Part shown: piece after piece, positions 21,865-32,844 of the stretch
Layout of the letters: the number at the start of each line of letters is the position of its first letter
Numbering within the stretch: the stretch's first letter is position 1
NCBI GenBank assembly: GCA_963801605.1
Contig: CAWDFP010000006.1
Location: 96,001-160,000 of the forward strand
Source of the DNA: an uncultured candidate division Zixibacteria bacterium
GTDB taxonomy: Bacteria; Zixibacteria; MSB-5A5; UBA10806
Direction: 5' to 3'
DNA: 64,000 nucleotides
Position numbers and translations under genes: made by a program
The notes under the pieces: generated by a model
Told to the model about the DNA's origin: nothing
The model's input: only the letters and a program-made list of their open reading frames with translations
Database searches by the model: none

Positions 21865-22758
21865 TTATTTTGGACGTTTAGTATCGAGCGTTTTTAATTT
21901 GGTGATAAGCTTGACCTTAACAATACGCTGACCTTCGACAAGCTCTACTACGAAAGTAACGTCATGATAACTTACGGTCCTTCCCTTTTCGGGAAGAGAG
22001 CCTACCAGATCGTAAATCAAACCTCCGACAGTCTCAAACTCCTCCTCGGGAAGCGTTAAGCCAATTTCATCATTAAGATCTGCGATTGTGACGAAACCGC
22101 TCACCAGATAGTTGCCGGCCGATTGTTTGATGATCGGCGGAGGCTCGCCGTCATATTCATCCTCGATCTCTCCGACTATTTCCTCGAGGATATCCTCCAT
22201 TGTGACCAGGCCGGCAGTTCCGCCGTATTCATCAACCACAATAGCGATATGCAGCCTTTTTTTCTTAAGTTCGCGTAAAAGCTCATCGACTTTTTTATTT
22301 TCGGGGATAAAATATGCTTTGCGGGCGACTTTGAGCGGATCCACCTCGCCGCCATCGAGAACGCGAAGAAGCAAGTCCTTGGAATAGAGGATACCCTTGA
22401 TATCATCGAGCGAATCCACATATAGCGGAAACCTGGAATGGCCGGTCTTCTTGATTATGCCGATAATCTCCTGAAGCGACGTTCCAACCTCGATACCCAC
22501 AATCTCCACTCTGGGAACCATGATCTCTTTAACCGCGGTCTCCCCCATCTCGACCACGCCGTGGATCATCTCGCGTTCGTCTGCTTCGAGCACGACCTGG
22601 CCGGACGGCAATTCCAATCCCATTTTCTCGATAGATTTATCGATAGCTTTTTCGCGCTCCTCCTCCGGCTTGAGATCGCTTTTGCTCAGGAATTTATGCC
22701 ACCAGCGCCGGCGCGTCGGTTGGTTACTTGAAGGTTTGTCTGCTTCCTCTTTAGCCAT
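21865..22758 (-). CDS. Hemolysin/CorC family protein (CBS pair plus CorC_HlyC)
   Basis: [48 protein letters not shown]. Confidence 0.92.
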   Translation of the reverse strand: MAKEEADKPSSNQPTRRRWWHKFLSKSDLKPEEEREKAIDKSIEKMGLELPSGQVVLEADEREMIHGVVEMGETAVKEIMVPRVEIVGIEVGTSLQEIIGIIKKTGHSRFPLYVDSLDDIKGILYSKDLLLRVLDGGEVDPLKVARKAYFIPENKKVDELLRELKKKRLHIAIVVDEYGGTAGLVTMEDILEEIVGEIEDEYDGEPPPIIKQSAGNYLVSGFVTIADLNDEIGLTLPEEEFETVGGLIYDLVGSLPEKGRTVSYHDVTFVVELVEGQRIVKVKLITKLKTLDTKRPK

Positions 22759-22763
22759 TGTAA

Positions 22764-23171
22764 TTAAAGATAACTCTCCTGCCGAGCCCACATCCTGGCG
22801 CGATTCTCCGGGGTATCATCCCGGTATCCCAACAGGTGCAGGACTCCATGGATAGTCAATCTTTTCACCTCCTCAAGATATGTAACATGATTGTCCCGGG
22901 CTTGTCGCCGGGCCATCTGCAAATTAACGTAAATTTCGCCCAAATGAATCTTCTGGCCGGGATCATCGAGATTAAATGCCAGCACATCGGTGCTACGTGA
23001 CTTGCCTTTGAAACGCAAATTGAGCGGTATGATTTCGCTATCGCGGCAATAGATAATATCGAACGACCATTGCGACGCCTTCTCGCGTAAGAGAATTTTC
23101 TTAACAAGCGCCGTCATGCTTTTTTTATCGAGCGCAAAACGTTTATCAGTTAAAATTATAGTTACCCTCAA
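22764..23171 (-). CDS. ybeY: rRNA maturation endonuclease YbeY
   Basis: TDVLAF, LGEIY, HGVLHLLGY Zn motif. Confidence 0.93.
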   Translation of the reverse strand: MRVTIILTDKRFALDKKSMTALVKKILLREKASQWSFDIIYCRDSEIIPLNLRFKGKSRSTDVLAFNLDDPGQKIHLGEIYVNLQMARRQARDNHVTYLEEVKRLTIHGVLHLLGYRDDTPENRARMWARQESYL

Positions 23172-25405
23172 GCTCCGACCTCGTGCGGCTCGGATTCAGG
23201 ATAAACAATCCGTCGATGGAATATGCCGGTCAGTACCCGTGCGAAACTCTCTTCGATAAGATGCAATTCGCGAAGGGTAATGTCGCAATCATCGAGCTCG
23301 CCGGATTCGAACTTGGTGGATATTATCCGATGTGCCAGATTTTTAATGCGCGCCGGCTTGGGGTCATCGAGGGTACGCGAAGCGGCCTCCACGGAATCAG
23401 CCAGCATGACGATTGCCACTTCCCTGCTTCTGGGCCTGGGGCCGGGATAACGATACTCGTTTATATCGACATCGTCTCCCTCGAGGGTTTTGGCTTTTTC
23501 ATAGAAATATGACATGACCGTGGTACCATGATGGCCGGTGATGAAATCGATGATGGAATCGGGCAGACCGTTTTTCTCGGCTAGTTCTCTGCCTTCCTTG
23601 ACGTGCGCTTCAAGAATGAGGGCCGACATCGATGGCGCCAGCCGCTCATGTTTATTTCGGGCGCCAACCTGGTTCTCCACAAAATATTCGGGTTTGAGCA
23701 TTTTACCAATATCATGATAATACGAACCAACTCTGGCCAGCAGCGAGTTAGCGCCGATAGCCTTGGCAGCGTCCTCGGCTAAAGTGCCGATCATAATCGA
23801 GTGATGGTATGTGCCGGGAGCCTCGATCGCGAGACGCTTGAGAAGCGGACGATTGAGATCGGAAAGCTCCAGCAGGGTGATATCGGTGGTAAGCTTGAAA
23901 GTCGTTTCAAAGAGCGGCAGCAAACCGATAGTAAGAATTGGCGAGATAAAACCGTTGATAGCCGCCAACCCGGTATGACGCCAGAGATCCGCATAGGGCG
24001 GTGAGCTTGAGCGATTCGATAATATAAACTAATCCGAAATAGACTAACGGCCAGATAAAAGATCGAGCGATAAAATTCGTGGCGATGGCGCACCTTGCGC
24101 ACTGAAAAAGCGGCCACCACTCCGGCTACGATCCCCACAAAGGCGATATCGATCTTAAAGCCGGAAAGGATTCCGATAAGCATCGCGGCGGTAAAGTTCA
24201 GGAAGATACCGGTCTCGAGATCGAATGCGATTGTAGACAGCATGGCGGCGATAGTAATAGGAACCAGATAGGGCGAGAGATAAGCCTGGAAACTGACGAT
24301 ATCGAGAATCATCACCAAGCCCTGCCAGAAGTATGGCAAAAAGTATTAAAGCTGAATTGGATGCAAATATATTCCGTCGGAAATGATGAAGATAGAACGC
24401 AAAAAAGAGTATCGGAAATGCCACGAAAAAGAGCCGTCCCAAAGGAGGCAGCAGAAATTGAACTACGTCACTCTGGATAAGCTTGGTTCTTTTGTATCGG
24501 GCGAGCGAAAGAAGTTTGTCGCGAATAAGCTTGGTAATTCTTTCGTTGGCCCGTACGATTTTTTGATCTTTATAAACCCAACCCTTTTCGGCTCGGATAC
24601 CTGTCAATTCCGAATTTTTACTGGATTCTGTCAGGCTTTTATCGAATACAAGATTGGGCTCCAGGAATTGCCAGCCGATTTCCCTGCCCGCCGGTCGCAA
24701 GGCGGGACGTCTTGAAAGGGCAGCGTCGGCCTGCACGGTGACATACCAGTGGGCCTTATCGAGATCGAAAATCTGTTCGCGCACTACGGTTTTGGTCTCT
24801 CCGCGTTTATCGACAATCACAATTCCGGATTCTTCAAGAGGCAGATTAACCAGGCTGGGATAAATGCCATCGAACATAAGCGTATCTAAAACCGGGATAG
24901 CAAACTCAGCCAGGGCATGAGCGGCTCGCGTATCATGAAGAGAGTTGATGGTGTTTTCAGACAGATTGGGATAGTTGGACCGCATTATCTGAAGGAAAGC
25001 CAGGGAATCGAGTTTCAGGGCATTAAGCGAATCGGCAGTTGAGAACAACCGTCGAATGCGTTCTCTGGCATTCTCCGCGATGGCAACATCATAAGAGAGC
25101 ACCGGCCGCAGATTAGCCAGGACGGATTCACGGTCTTTTTGCAATTCTTCATCGGATTTCAAGATCGGGAAATCAAAGGGAGCGATAATATCGCGCTCGG
25201 CGATCTCCCCTATCACGGGAATTTGAATCGGCTCGTATATTTTATCTATCGGATAAAGAAAGGTTATCCCAAAAATTAAAACAAAGCCCAATGCCACCCG
25301 GAACAAGATCTGATTGCTGCTTAAAGGCTCCTGGACACGATTGCCATTGCCGTTCTCAGTTCCTTTGGGAGCGGGGTTAATCTTTCTCTTAAAGGGATTT
25401 CTCAC
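23168..25405 (-). CDS. 7TM-HD phosphohydrolase (PgpH/YqfF-like; frameshifts near 24330 and 24040-23990)
   Basis: Three overlapping ORFs give the extracellular, 7TM and HD parts (APGTYHHS, YHDIGK, HHGT, YRYPGP, MLADSVEAA); conserved phoH-HD-ybeY context. Confidence 0.88.
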
Positions 25406-26394
25406 TTACGACCACCACTGCTCTTGTTTTTCTGCGCTTCATTCACCTTAGCGTAAGCTTTAATAATATCCTGCACAAGTTTGTGCCGGACGACATCTTT
25501 TTCGGTCAAATATATAAATCCGATCCCCGGAATGTGCCCCAATATCCTCTTAACAGCCAAAAGACCGGAGCCCTTCCTATTTTCCAGATCGATTTGGGTG
25601 ACATCGCCGGTAATCACCGCTTTGGAACCCTCGCCAAGGCGAGTGAGAAACATAAACATCTGGCCCGAGGTAGTATTCTGGGCCTCGTCCAAAATCACAA
25701 AGGCATTATTAAGGGTGCGGCCGCGCATGAAAGCCAGGGGAGCAATTTCGATGACTCCCAGTTCCATGAGTTTTTTAACTTTGTCGAAAGCCAGCATTTC
25801 CTGAAGTGCGTCATAGAGCGGACGCAGGTAGGGATCGACCTTAGCCCTGATATCGCCGGGTAAAAAGCCCAGGCTCTCGCCGGCCTCGACAGCCGGCCTG
25901 GTCAAGATTATGCGCGACACTCGTTTTTGCTTAAAAGCCCGGACTGCCATAGCTACGGCCAAATAAGTTTTACCGGTACCGGCCGGGCCAATCGAGAAGA
26001 CAATATCTTTGGATTCGATAAGATCCACATAGTGCTTCTGACCGACCGTTTTAGGTTTGACCACTTTCTGAGTGGAGACGGCAGTAATCAGGCCGGTATT
26101 GATATCCATTTCCTGTGACGGCGGCCGGCCGTTTTCGCTGATAACTGCTATAGAATAGAGGATATATCGCTCGTTTAACTCTCCGGACGCTCTGACATGA
26201 TCGATGATATCGGAAATGACGCGCTCGGCCTTATCGACATTTTCGGATTCTCCGCGAATATTAATCCAGTCGCCGCGGGCCACTAATTCGACATCAAGCT
26301 CTTTTTCGATGAGATCGAGATGCGAATGATCTGTCCCGAACAACAGGCGCGGATCGATATCGCTAAGATTTATCGTTTTTTGGATTACTGACAC
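25402..26394 (-). CDS. phoH: PhoH-like ATPase
   Basis: GPAGTGKTYLA, RPAVEAGESLGFLPG, FMRGRTL, DEAQN. Confidence 0.95.
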   Translation of the reverse strand: MSVIQKTINLSDIDPRLLFGTDHSHLDLIEKELDVELVARGDWINIRGESENVDKAERVISDIIDHVRASGELNERYILYSIAVISENGRPPSQEMDINTGLITAVSTQKVVKPKTVGQKHYVDLIESKDIVFSIGPAGTGKTYLAVAMAVRAFKQKRVSRIILTRPAVEAGESLGFLPGDIRAKVDPYLRPLYDALQEMLAFDKVKKLMELGVIEIAPLAFMRGRTLNNAFVILDEAQNTTSGQMFMFLTRLGEGSKAVITGDVTQIDLENRKGSGLLAVKRILGHIPGIGFIYLTEKDVVRHKLVQDIIKAYAKVNEAQKNKSSGGRK

Positions 26395-28225
26395 CTTTAT
26401 TATCCGTCTCCTTCAAGCATATTCCCAGTTCATCCAACTGCGCGGCATCAACCTCCGCTGGTGAACCGTCCATAAGCGACTGCGCCGCGGTCGTCTTGGG
26501 AAACGCGATGACATCCCGAATCGATTCGGAGTTGGTCATCAGCGCCACGATACGATCGAAACCCGGCGCAATGCCTCCATGCGGAGGAGCGCCATATTCC
26601 AGTGCCCGCAGAAGAAATCCGAACATCTTATCCGCCCGTTCGCTATCGATGCCCAGAACCGAGAGGACCTTCTCCTGCATTTCGCGGTTATGAATCCTGA
26701 TGCCGCCGGATGCAATCTCAACTCCATTCAGAACCAGATCGTATTGATTAGCCCTGATACCCGCCCAGGGATGATTAGGATCATCGAGAGAAAGGTTGGA
26801 TTTGAAGCCTAAATCGAGCTTGGAGATATCATCCGAAACAGGCGAGGTTACTATATTGTGCATGGCATCGAAACGACCTATATCCTTATTATACTCAAAC
26901 AAGGGGAATTCGCACACCCATAGGAACGCCCATTTGGGGCTCTCTTTTTCCAATATGGTTTTGCCCAATGAACGTCTTAGGAAGCCCAATGAATCGCAGA
27001 CAGTCTTCCATTTATCGGCCACGATAAGAAGAATATCACCGGTTTCAAGTCCGGTTTTCTTTATAGCCGAATCGATCTCCTGCTGGCTCAAATTCTTGGC
27101 AACCGATGAGCGGATACCGTCAGGAGTGAGAGCCAAATATGCAAGACCCTTAGCGCCCGCGGTTTTAGCAATTTCGGTAAGCCCATCAATCTGCTTTCGG
27201 GAGAGCGAGGCGCCTCCTTTAAGGTTGATACCTCGAACCACACCACCGTTGGCGATTGTATCGGAGAAGACCTTAAAGGCGCTGCTTTTAAAGATATCAC
27301 TCAACTCGATGATTTCAAGGCCATATCGCAAATCCGGTTTGTCGCTGCCGTAACGGTCCATGACATCCTGATAGGTATAACGCGGAAAAGGAATAGGAAT
27401 ATCGACATTCAATGTAGCCTTAAAGAGGTGTTTCATCATGCCCTCGACAACCCCGAAGATATCATCGATGGTAACGTAGGACATTTCCATGTCGATCTGA
27501 GTATGTTCGGGTTGACGATCGGCTCTAAGGTCTTCGTCTCTGAGACAGCGGGCAAGCTGGAAATAGCGGTCAAAACCTGAGACCATCAGGATCTGCTTGA
27601 AGAGTTGCGGAGATTGGGGCAATGCGTAAAATTTCCCGTTGTGCTCACGCGATGGCACGATGAAATCTCTGGCGCCCTCGGGAGTTGACCTTATTAGCAG
27701 GGGAGTTTCTATTTCGAGAAATCCCTGCGAATTGAGAAATTTTCTTATCTCCTGGGCAGCTTTATGCCGAAGAATCATTTTATCGCGAAGAACAGGACGC
27801 CGGAGATCGAGATAACGGTACTTTAGTCTGAGGTCCTCGGAGGCGTTGGTCTCATCCTCAACCATAAACGGAGGGGTCTTAGCCGGATTCAATATTTTAA
27901 AGGATTCAACTAAAACCTCGATATCCCCGGTGGGATTCTGCTTATTGTGCATGCCATCAGGACGGGAACGGACGAGACCCTTGATCTGCACCGAAAATTC
28001 ATAGCGTACCGCGCGGGCAGCTTCCATCTCATCTGAAGAAATGAGATTGGGATCGAATACCGCCTGCGTTATTCCCCAGCGGTCGCGTAAATCTATAAAG
28101 AGAAGGCCTCCCAAATCGCGATGGCCGTTAACCCATCCGCAGAGCACTACTTTTTTATCAATGCTATTTTGATTTAATTCGCCGCAGGTATGCGTGCGAA
28201 ATGACGTCGCCAAAATATTATCCAA
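26363..28225 (-). CDS. aspS: Aspartate-tRNA ligase
   Basis: [56 protein letters not shown]. Confidence 0.97.
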   Translation of the reverse strand: MDNILATSFRTHTCGELNQNSIDKKVVLCGWVNGHRDLGGLLFIDLRDRWGITQAVFDPNLISSDEMEAARAVRYEFSVQIKGLVRSRPDGMHNKQNPTGDIEVLVESFKILNPAKTPPFMVEDETNASEDLRLKYRYLDLRRPVLRDKMILRHKAAQEIRKFLNSQGFLEIETPLLIRSTPEGARDFIVPSREHNGKFYALPQSPQLFKQILMVSGFDRYFQLARCLRDEDLRADRQPEHTQIDMEMSYVTIDDIFGVVEGMMKHLFKATLNVDIPIPFPRYTYQDVMDRYGSDKPDLRYGLEIIELSDIFKSSAFKVFSDTIANGGVVRGINLKGGASLSRKQIDGLTEIAKTAGAKGLAYLALTPDGIRSSVAKNLSQQEIDSAIKKTGLETGDILLIVADKWKTVCDSLGFLRRSLGKTILEKESPKWAFLWVCEFPLFEYNKDIGRFDAMHNIVTSPVSDDISKLDLGFKSNLSLDDPNHPWAGIRANQYDLVLNGVEIASGGIRIHNREMQEKVLSVLGIDSERADKMFGFLLRALEYGAPPHGGIAPGFDRIVALMTNSESIRDVIAFPKTTAAQSLMDGSPAEVDAAQLDELGICLKETDNKGVSNPKNDKS

Positions 28226-29502
28226 TTATCGCTCCAAAATCATCAGCGCTGGAAAGAGCATAAAGCTTTCCAAGCTCAATTTCCGTTTGTTTCGAATTTG
28301 TCATATTACGTACAAGCGCCAGCCCCTTTGCCATCTCATTATCCGCTAAAATTATGGCATAGGCAAACCGGCTCCGATCGGCCTGTTTCATCTGAGACTT
28401 CATGGACCGGCCCAAATAATCAATATCGGCAGGAAAGCCTATCTGCCTGAATCGGTTGGCAAGTTTGAACGCCTCCGGTTCGAAAGCCTTATTGGTGGTT
28501 ACTATGAATGCTCCCGGCCTGTGAGATTTCATCAACAGCCTCATTTTTAGGCATGGCCATGATGATGCGTTCGATCCCGGCGGCAAAACCTATAGCCGGA
28601 GTAGGCGAGCCGCCAAGTTCCTCAACCAAAAGGTCGTACCGTCCGCCGCCGGATAGCGAATCTTGCGAGCCGAGTTTATCGGATTTTATCTCCCAGGCAG
28701 TTCTGGTATAGTAGTCGAGGCCTCGAACCAGCCGTTTATCTATTATATAAGGAACCGCCGCGGCTTCAAGATATTCACAGACTTTATCGAAATGGACCCT
28801 GTTTTCATCGGTGAGATAATCCATGATGGTGGGAGCATCTTTTAGCAGTTGCTGGCAGGAGGATTCCTTGCAGTCGAACATCCGCAGCGGGTTTTGCTCG
28901 TAACGTTTACGGCAATCCGCGCAGAACTTATCAAGTTTCGGCTCCACAAATTGAGCAAATGCCTTCTTATGCGTTTTGCGATCCTCCGGCATTCCGATGG
29001 AGTTAATATGAATTTTGAGTTCAGTCAGACCGAGATCGCACAATATCCTGTAATTGAGACCGATAACCTCAGCGTCCAGCGCCGGGTCAAGCGACCCGAT
29101 AGCCTCCACTCCCAACTGGTAAAACTGACGGAGCCGTCCGGCCTGGGGGCGCTCCTGACGGAACATGGGGCCGACATACCATAATTTTACCAAACCTTCT
29201 TTGGCGCCTAATGAATGTTCGAGATAGGCGCGCACCACCGAAGCGGTACCTTCGGGTCTCAATGTCAGGGAACGCTGCCCCTGATCGCTGAAAGTATACA
29301 TTTCTTTGGAGACGATATCGGTAGTTTCGCCAATACCCCGGGCGAAGAGCTCGGTTGCCTCGAAAACGGGCGGCTGAATGAAGCTGTAATTGGCAGCAGC
29401 GGCAAGACGCGAAAGAGAGGAGATCACCTTTAAATAATATGGGTAATCATCCGGAAGGATATCGCGGGTGCCGTATATTGCCTTAAATTTTTTCTCTGAC
29501 AT
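28218..29502 (-). CDS. hisS: Histidine-tRNA ligase (frameshift near 28530)
   Basis: GTRD, LRPEGTA, FRQERPQAGR, LVRGLDYY, GGGRYD; the anticodon domain (SMKSQMKQADR) is in the overlapping ORF 28218-28586. Confidence 0.95.
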
Positions 29503-29550
29503 ATAAGATTCTATCCTATAAATAATGATATAATGTCTTAGTTTTCAAGC

Positions 29551-29952
29551 TTATTTAATGTTTTCGACAGGCGCCTGGCGGAATGAAAGGCAAACGAATC
29601 TATGCTTTAGCCAAAGATATATCCCGGCTCCGGCGGCTCCACCCAGGATATCCGCCAGGGCATCAAAAGGATCGCAAACTCTGCCCGGAATATAAAGCTG
29701 ATGAAGCTCATCGATAATACCGTATGCTCCGCATATAATAACGGCGACCCAGAATAGCGGTCGGGGACGAGTCTTGGCCAATGCATAGGCCATAAAAAAT
29801 CCCAGGAAACTGTATTCGATAAAGTGCTCGACCTTATCGGACCAAGTGAACTGGAAGGGAGGCGGTCCGAGATACGGAATCGAGGAAACAGTAATGATAA
29901 GAACCGCCCAGACAATGACCGGGATATAATATTTCTTGTTTGTTGTACTCAT
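29551..29952 (-). CDS. VanZ-like membrane protein
   Basis: DKVEHFIEY, YGIIDELHQLYIPGR, DALAD. Confidence 0.88.
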   Translation of the reverse strand: MSTTNKKYYIPVIVWAVLIITVSSIPYLGPPPFQFTWSDKVEHFIEYSFLGFFMAYALAKTRPRPLFWVAVIICGAYGIIDELHQLYIPGRVCDPFDALADILGGAAGAGIYLWLKHRFVCLSFRQAPVENIK

Positions 29953-29992
29953 AAGGTCAACTACTATAATAAAATAAGGTTGAAATACCAAT

Positions 29993-30020
29993 AAAAAAAG
30001 TCCGCCTGAGGGCGGACCTT
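29993..30020 (-). terminator. Rho-independent terminator after the microprotein gene
   Basis: Minus strand reads GTCCGCC-CTCA-GGCGGAC followed by T7. Confidence 0.85.
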
Positions 30021-30040
30021 ATAACAATATCGGAAGACTC

Positions 30041-30109
30041 TTACTTTTTGCCCTTCTTGGCGGCCTTCTTCGCGGGTTTCTTCTTAGCTGCTTTCTTTTT
30101 GGCTGGCAT
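30041..30109 (-). CDS. 22-aa Lys/Ala-rich histone H1-like microprotein (MPAKKKAAKKKPAKKAAKKGKK)
   Basis: AGGAGGTG RBS 5 nt before ATG, TAA stop, terminator just downstream; same N-terminus as the SWIB tail; too short for the ORF track. Confidence 0.8.
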   Translation of the reverse strand: MPAKKKAAKKKPAKKAAKKGKK

Positions 30110-30130
30110 AAATTCACCTCCTCTCGCGTC

Positions 30131-30526
30131 TCAACGTTCGACGGTTCTAATCTCCAAGATGTCCTTGGAAAAGTTGATTATAAGCCCCAATTTCATTCGA
30201 TTAGCTTTGAGAATGCTCTTTAGTTTGGATTCATCCATATCAGTAAGATGGTCACCGGTTTGAACCGCAACCACCAAGGCGCCCTCGACTACAAAATCAA
30301 GCCGGTATTCGCCAGCGACCGAACCCTTGTAAGCAAGCTGGATAATCTTATCTCTTTCGAATTCGATATTTTCCAATCCGAATTCGTAGGCTAAGGCATG
30401 GCAATATTCCTCACGACCGAACCCCAGGCCCATATTTTTATGGACTTCGAGTGCAACGTCCATAACGCGGGCTTGAACTTCTCGTTCAACTTGGTTGGGT
30501 TTTGTCGCTAACTTCTGATCTCTCAT
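30131..30526 (-). CDS. GxxExxY family PD-(D/E)XK-fold protein with degenerate catalytic motif
   Basis: ALEVHKNMGLG, YKG...YRLDFVVE and KLGLIINF hallmarks; signature reads GFGREEY and VAVQT instead of GxxExxY and ExK. Confidence 0.82.
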   Translation of the reverse strand: MRDQKLATKPNQVEREVQARVMDVALEVHKNMGLGFGREEYCHALAYEFGLENIEFERDKIIQLAYKGSVAGEYRLDFVVEGALVVAVQTGDHLTDMDESKLKSILKANRMKLGLIINFSKDILEIRTVER

Positions 30527-30549
30527 ACAATTTACCGTAAGTTATTTAG

Positions 30550-30565
30550 CGCAAAATCCGTGCCA
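30550..30565 (-). promoter_or_regulatory. Sigma-54 (-24/-12) promoter
   Basis: Minus strand TGGCAC-GGATT-TTGCG matches TGGCAC-N5-TTGC, 23 nt upstream of the GxxExxY ATG. Confidence 0.8.
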
Positions 30566-30661
30566 ATAATTCAATAATTTTGAAATATCTTATAACTGAG
30601 TGTATTATATGAGGTTATCTATAAGAGTCGAAATCCTGTTATGTTTCAATAAGATATGGTT

Positions 30662-30749
30662 TCGAGACAATGCTGTCGCAATTTTTATATAATAGTTAGC
30701 TAATTTGACCCTCTTCCCTATGAAAACTGCTGCGACCGAAGTGTCTCGA
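30662..30749. promoter_or_regulatory. Pair of putative enhancer (UAS) sites for the adjacent sigma-54 activator
   Basis: TCGAGACAATGCTGTCGCA (30662-30680) and the reverse complement of 30731-30749 (TCGAGACACTTCGGTCGCA) match at 16 of 19 nt; each is semi-palindromic. Confidence 0.6.
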
Positions 30750-30777
30750 TTTTGAGGAAAAAAATTATAAAATTTGA

Positions 30778-32553
30778 TTATTTTTCTTTGTCAGGCTTAA
30801 TTTCGGCACTCAAATTGTTTCGCTTCAAAATCCGCTGAAGCTGCTTGCGATGCAGGCCTCCCAAACGGGCAGCCTCGGAGATATTGTGGTCACTCCTGTC
30901 CAGTAGATTTCTGGCAAATTCGGTTTCCAGGGGCGATATGACCTCGCGCCAGAGCCGTCGTTTGAGTTCCTCGAGCTCCTTGCCGTTGGCGGGAAGTTCA
31001 GTTTTATCGGAGCCACCGCGACGCTTGATCGAATCAGAAAGTTCATTGGCCGTGAGGGTATCCCCTTTGCAGAGAACCACAGCGCGTTCGATTACATTTT
31101 CAAGTTCGCGTACATTCCCGGGGAACGTATATCCTTTTAGATAGGACATCGCCAGAGCATCGATTCCGATAATATTTTTGCTATTCTTAAGCGAATATTT
31201 TTTTATGAAATGAGATACCAGAAGCTCGATTTCGCCGGTGCGCTCCATCAGCGGCGGAAGCTTGATCGCAATAACATTGATGCGATAGAAAAGATCATCG
31301 CGGAATTCTTCGGTTTCAACCATTTTGGCGAGATCTTTTTTAGTGGCGGAGATAATCCGCACGTCAGCCATCTTCACACCGGTTGATCCCAGCGGTTCAA
31401 ATTCGTGGGACTGTAAAAATCTTAGCAGCTTAACCTGCAATAGCGGCGGGAGTTCGCCGATCTCATCCAAAAAAATCGTGCCGCCGTTGGCTTGTTCAAC
31501 CCGTCCGGGTTTTCGTCCCACGGCGCCGGTGAAAGCGCCTTTTTCGTAACCGAAAAGCTCCGACTCCAACAGCGTTTCCGGGATGGCGGCGCAGTTGATC
31601 GTAACGAAAGGGCTGTCTTTGCGTTTGGAATTAAAATGCAGGGCGCGCGCCAGCAGCTCTTTGCCCGTACCGGATTCACCCTCGATAAGAACCGCGCTAT
31701 CGGATTCGGCAACGTCAGCGACGACCGAGAGGACTCTGGCCATCTCAGGAGAGTTGCCGATGATCTCGTCAAACTTGCATTTGCCGCGCAAATCAACCAT
31801 GAGGCTTTCGCCTTCGGAAATAAGATTCGATGAGTTGAGCGCCGGTTTGAGAGTCTGCCAGATTTGTTCGGATAAAATTTTGAGAAGTTCCATATCGGCT
31901 TTGGTGAAAGCGCTTTTGATTCGGACGGCGTGCAAAAGCCCGGTGACTTCATCTCCCGATTTCAACGGCACGCAAACGGTGCATCCCATCTCGGAGTCGT
32001 TGGCAGAATCGATCATGACAGGATCGCCGGTGGAAAGAACCGCCGCGCAAATCTGTTTCGATGGTGTATATTTGCCGTTTCGCGAGGCCGATGCATACTG
32101 AGTTTGAATTTTACCATTATCATCGACCAATTGTAGGACAGCATGGTCGCAGGCAAGTATATCGGATACCGCTAACGCGATTTCCGGAAGAATGCCTTTG
32201 ACATCTTTTTCGGTTGAAATGAGGTTGGAAAGCTCGTAGAGAGTTTTATAAAGCTTCTTTTCTTTGGTTACGCCATCGATTTCGGTTTTAAGTTTTTCGT
32301 ATTCCCGAATCAGACGCGCCACACGATCGTTGAGCGAATCCTCGAAACGCGAAAGTTTCTTTTCCATCAGATCGAGTTTGGAAAGAAGCTTGGCGTAACG
32401 ATCCGAGCTGGAGATCTCGGTGGCCTCGGAGAGAAAATCTTTAAGCGTTACGATGGAGTCGAACGACCGTCTGATTTGATCGGTTGACTCCTTGCGCAAC
32501 TGTTCGAGGTCGGCTGCGAATCGTTCTGATGCTCTGCTTACGGTGACTTTCAT
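30778..32553 (-). CDS. Sigma-54-dependent enhancer-binding protein (coiled coil, GAF, AAA+, HTH)
   Basis: GESGTGKE, ESELFGYEKGAFTGA, FLDEIGE, FRDDLFYRIN, FPGNVRELEN, NISEAAR HTH. Confidence 0.95.
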   Translation of the reverse strand: MKVTVSRASERFAADLEQLRKESTDQIRRSFDSIVTLKDFLSEATEISSSDRYAKLLSKLDLMEKKLSRFEDSLNDRVARLIREYEKLKTEIDGVTKEKKLYKTLYELSNLISTEKDVKGILPEIALAVSDILACDHAVLQLVDDNGKIQTQYASASRNGKYTPSKQICAAVLSTGDPVMIDSANDSEMGCTVCVPLKSGDEVTGLLHAVRIKSAFTKADMELLKILSEQIWQTLKPALNSSNLISEGESLMVDLRGKCKFDEIIGNSPEMARVLSVVADVAESDSAVLIEGESGTGKELLARALHFNSKRKDSPFVTINCAAIPETLLESELFGYEKGAFTGAVGRKPGRVEQANGGTIFLDEIGELPPLLQVKLLRFLQSHEFEPLGSTGVKMADVRIISATKKDLAKMVETEEFRDDLFYRINVIAIKLPPLMERTGEIELLVSHFIKKYSLKNSKNIIGIDALAMSYLKGYTFPGNVRELENVIERAVVLCKGDTLTANELSDSIKRRGGSDKTELPANGKELEELKRRLWREVISPLETEFARNLLDRSDHNISEAARLGGLHRKQLQRILKRNNLSAEIKPDKEK

Positions 32554-32844
32554 AACTTGATGTTGATTTTAAGATGATTGTTCTGTGTTGTCAAACAAAT
32601 AATAAAAATTTGAACGATGTTTGAAAAATAATTCTTTGATTTTCCTGTCATACCAAAACTAAAAACACAAATTGAAGATGAAAAGTTTTGGTTTGGATGA
32701 CGAAATTAAATAAATTTTGAATCTGCGTGGAGCATTTTTTTATATGAACGTATTGGAATTCTCACTCGTCCCGATAAAAAACATCATGACTCGTTTAGAA
32801 CCCGATCTATCATACCGTTAATATTAAAACCAGGTTTCGGAAAC

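Noticed and set aside
28218..29502. Programmed frameshift or true pseudogene in hisS and others
   Set aside because: No shared slippery site; an essential gene is affected, and errors are spread across the window.
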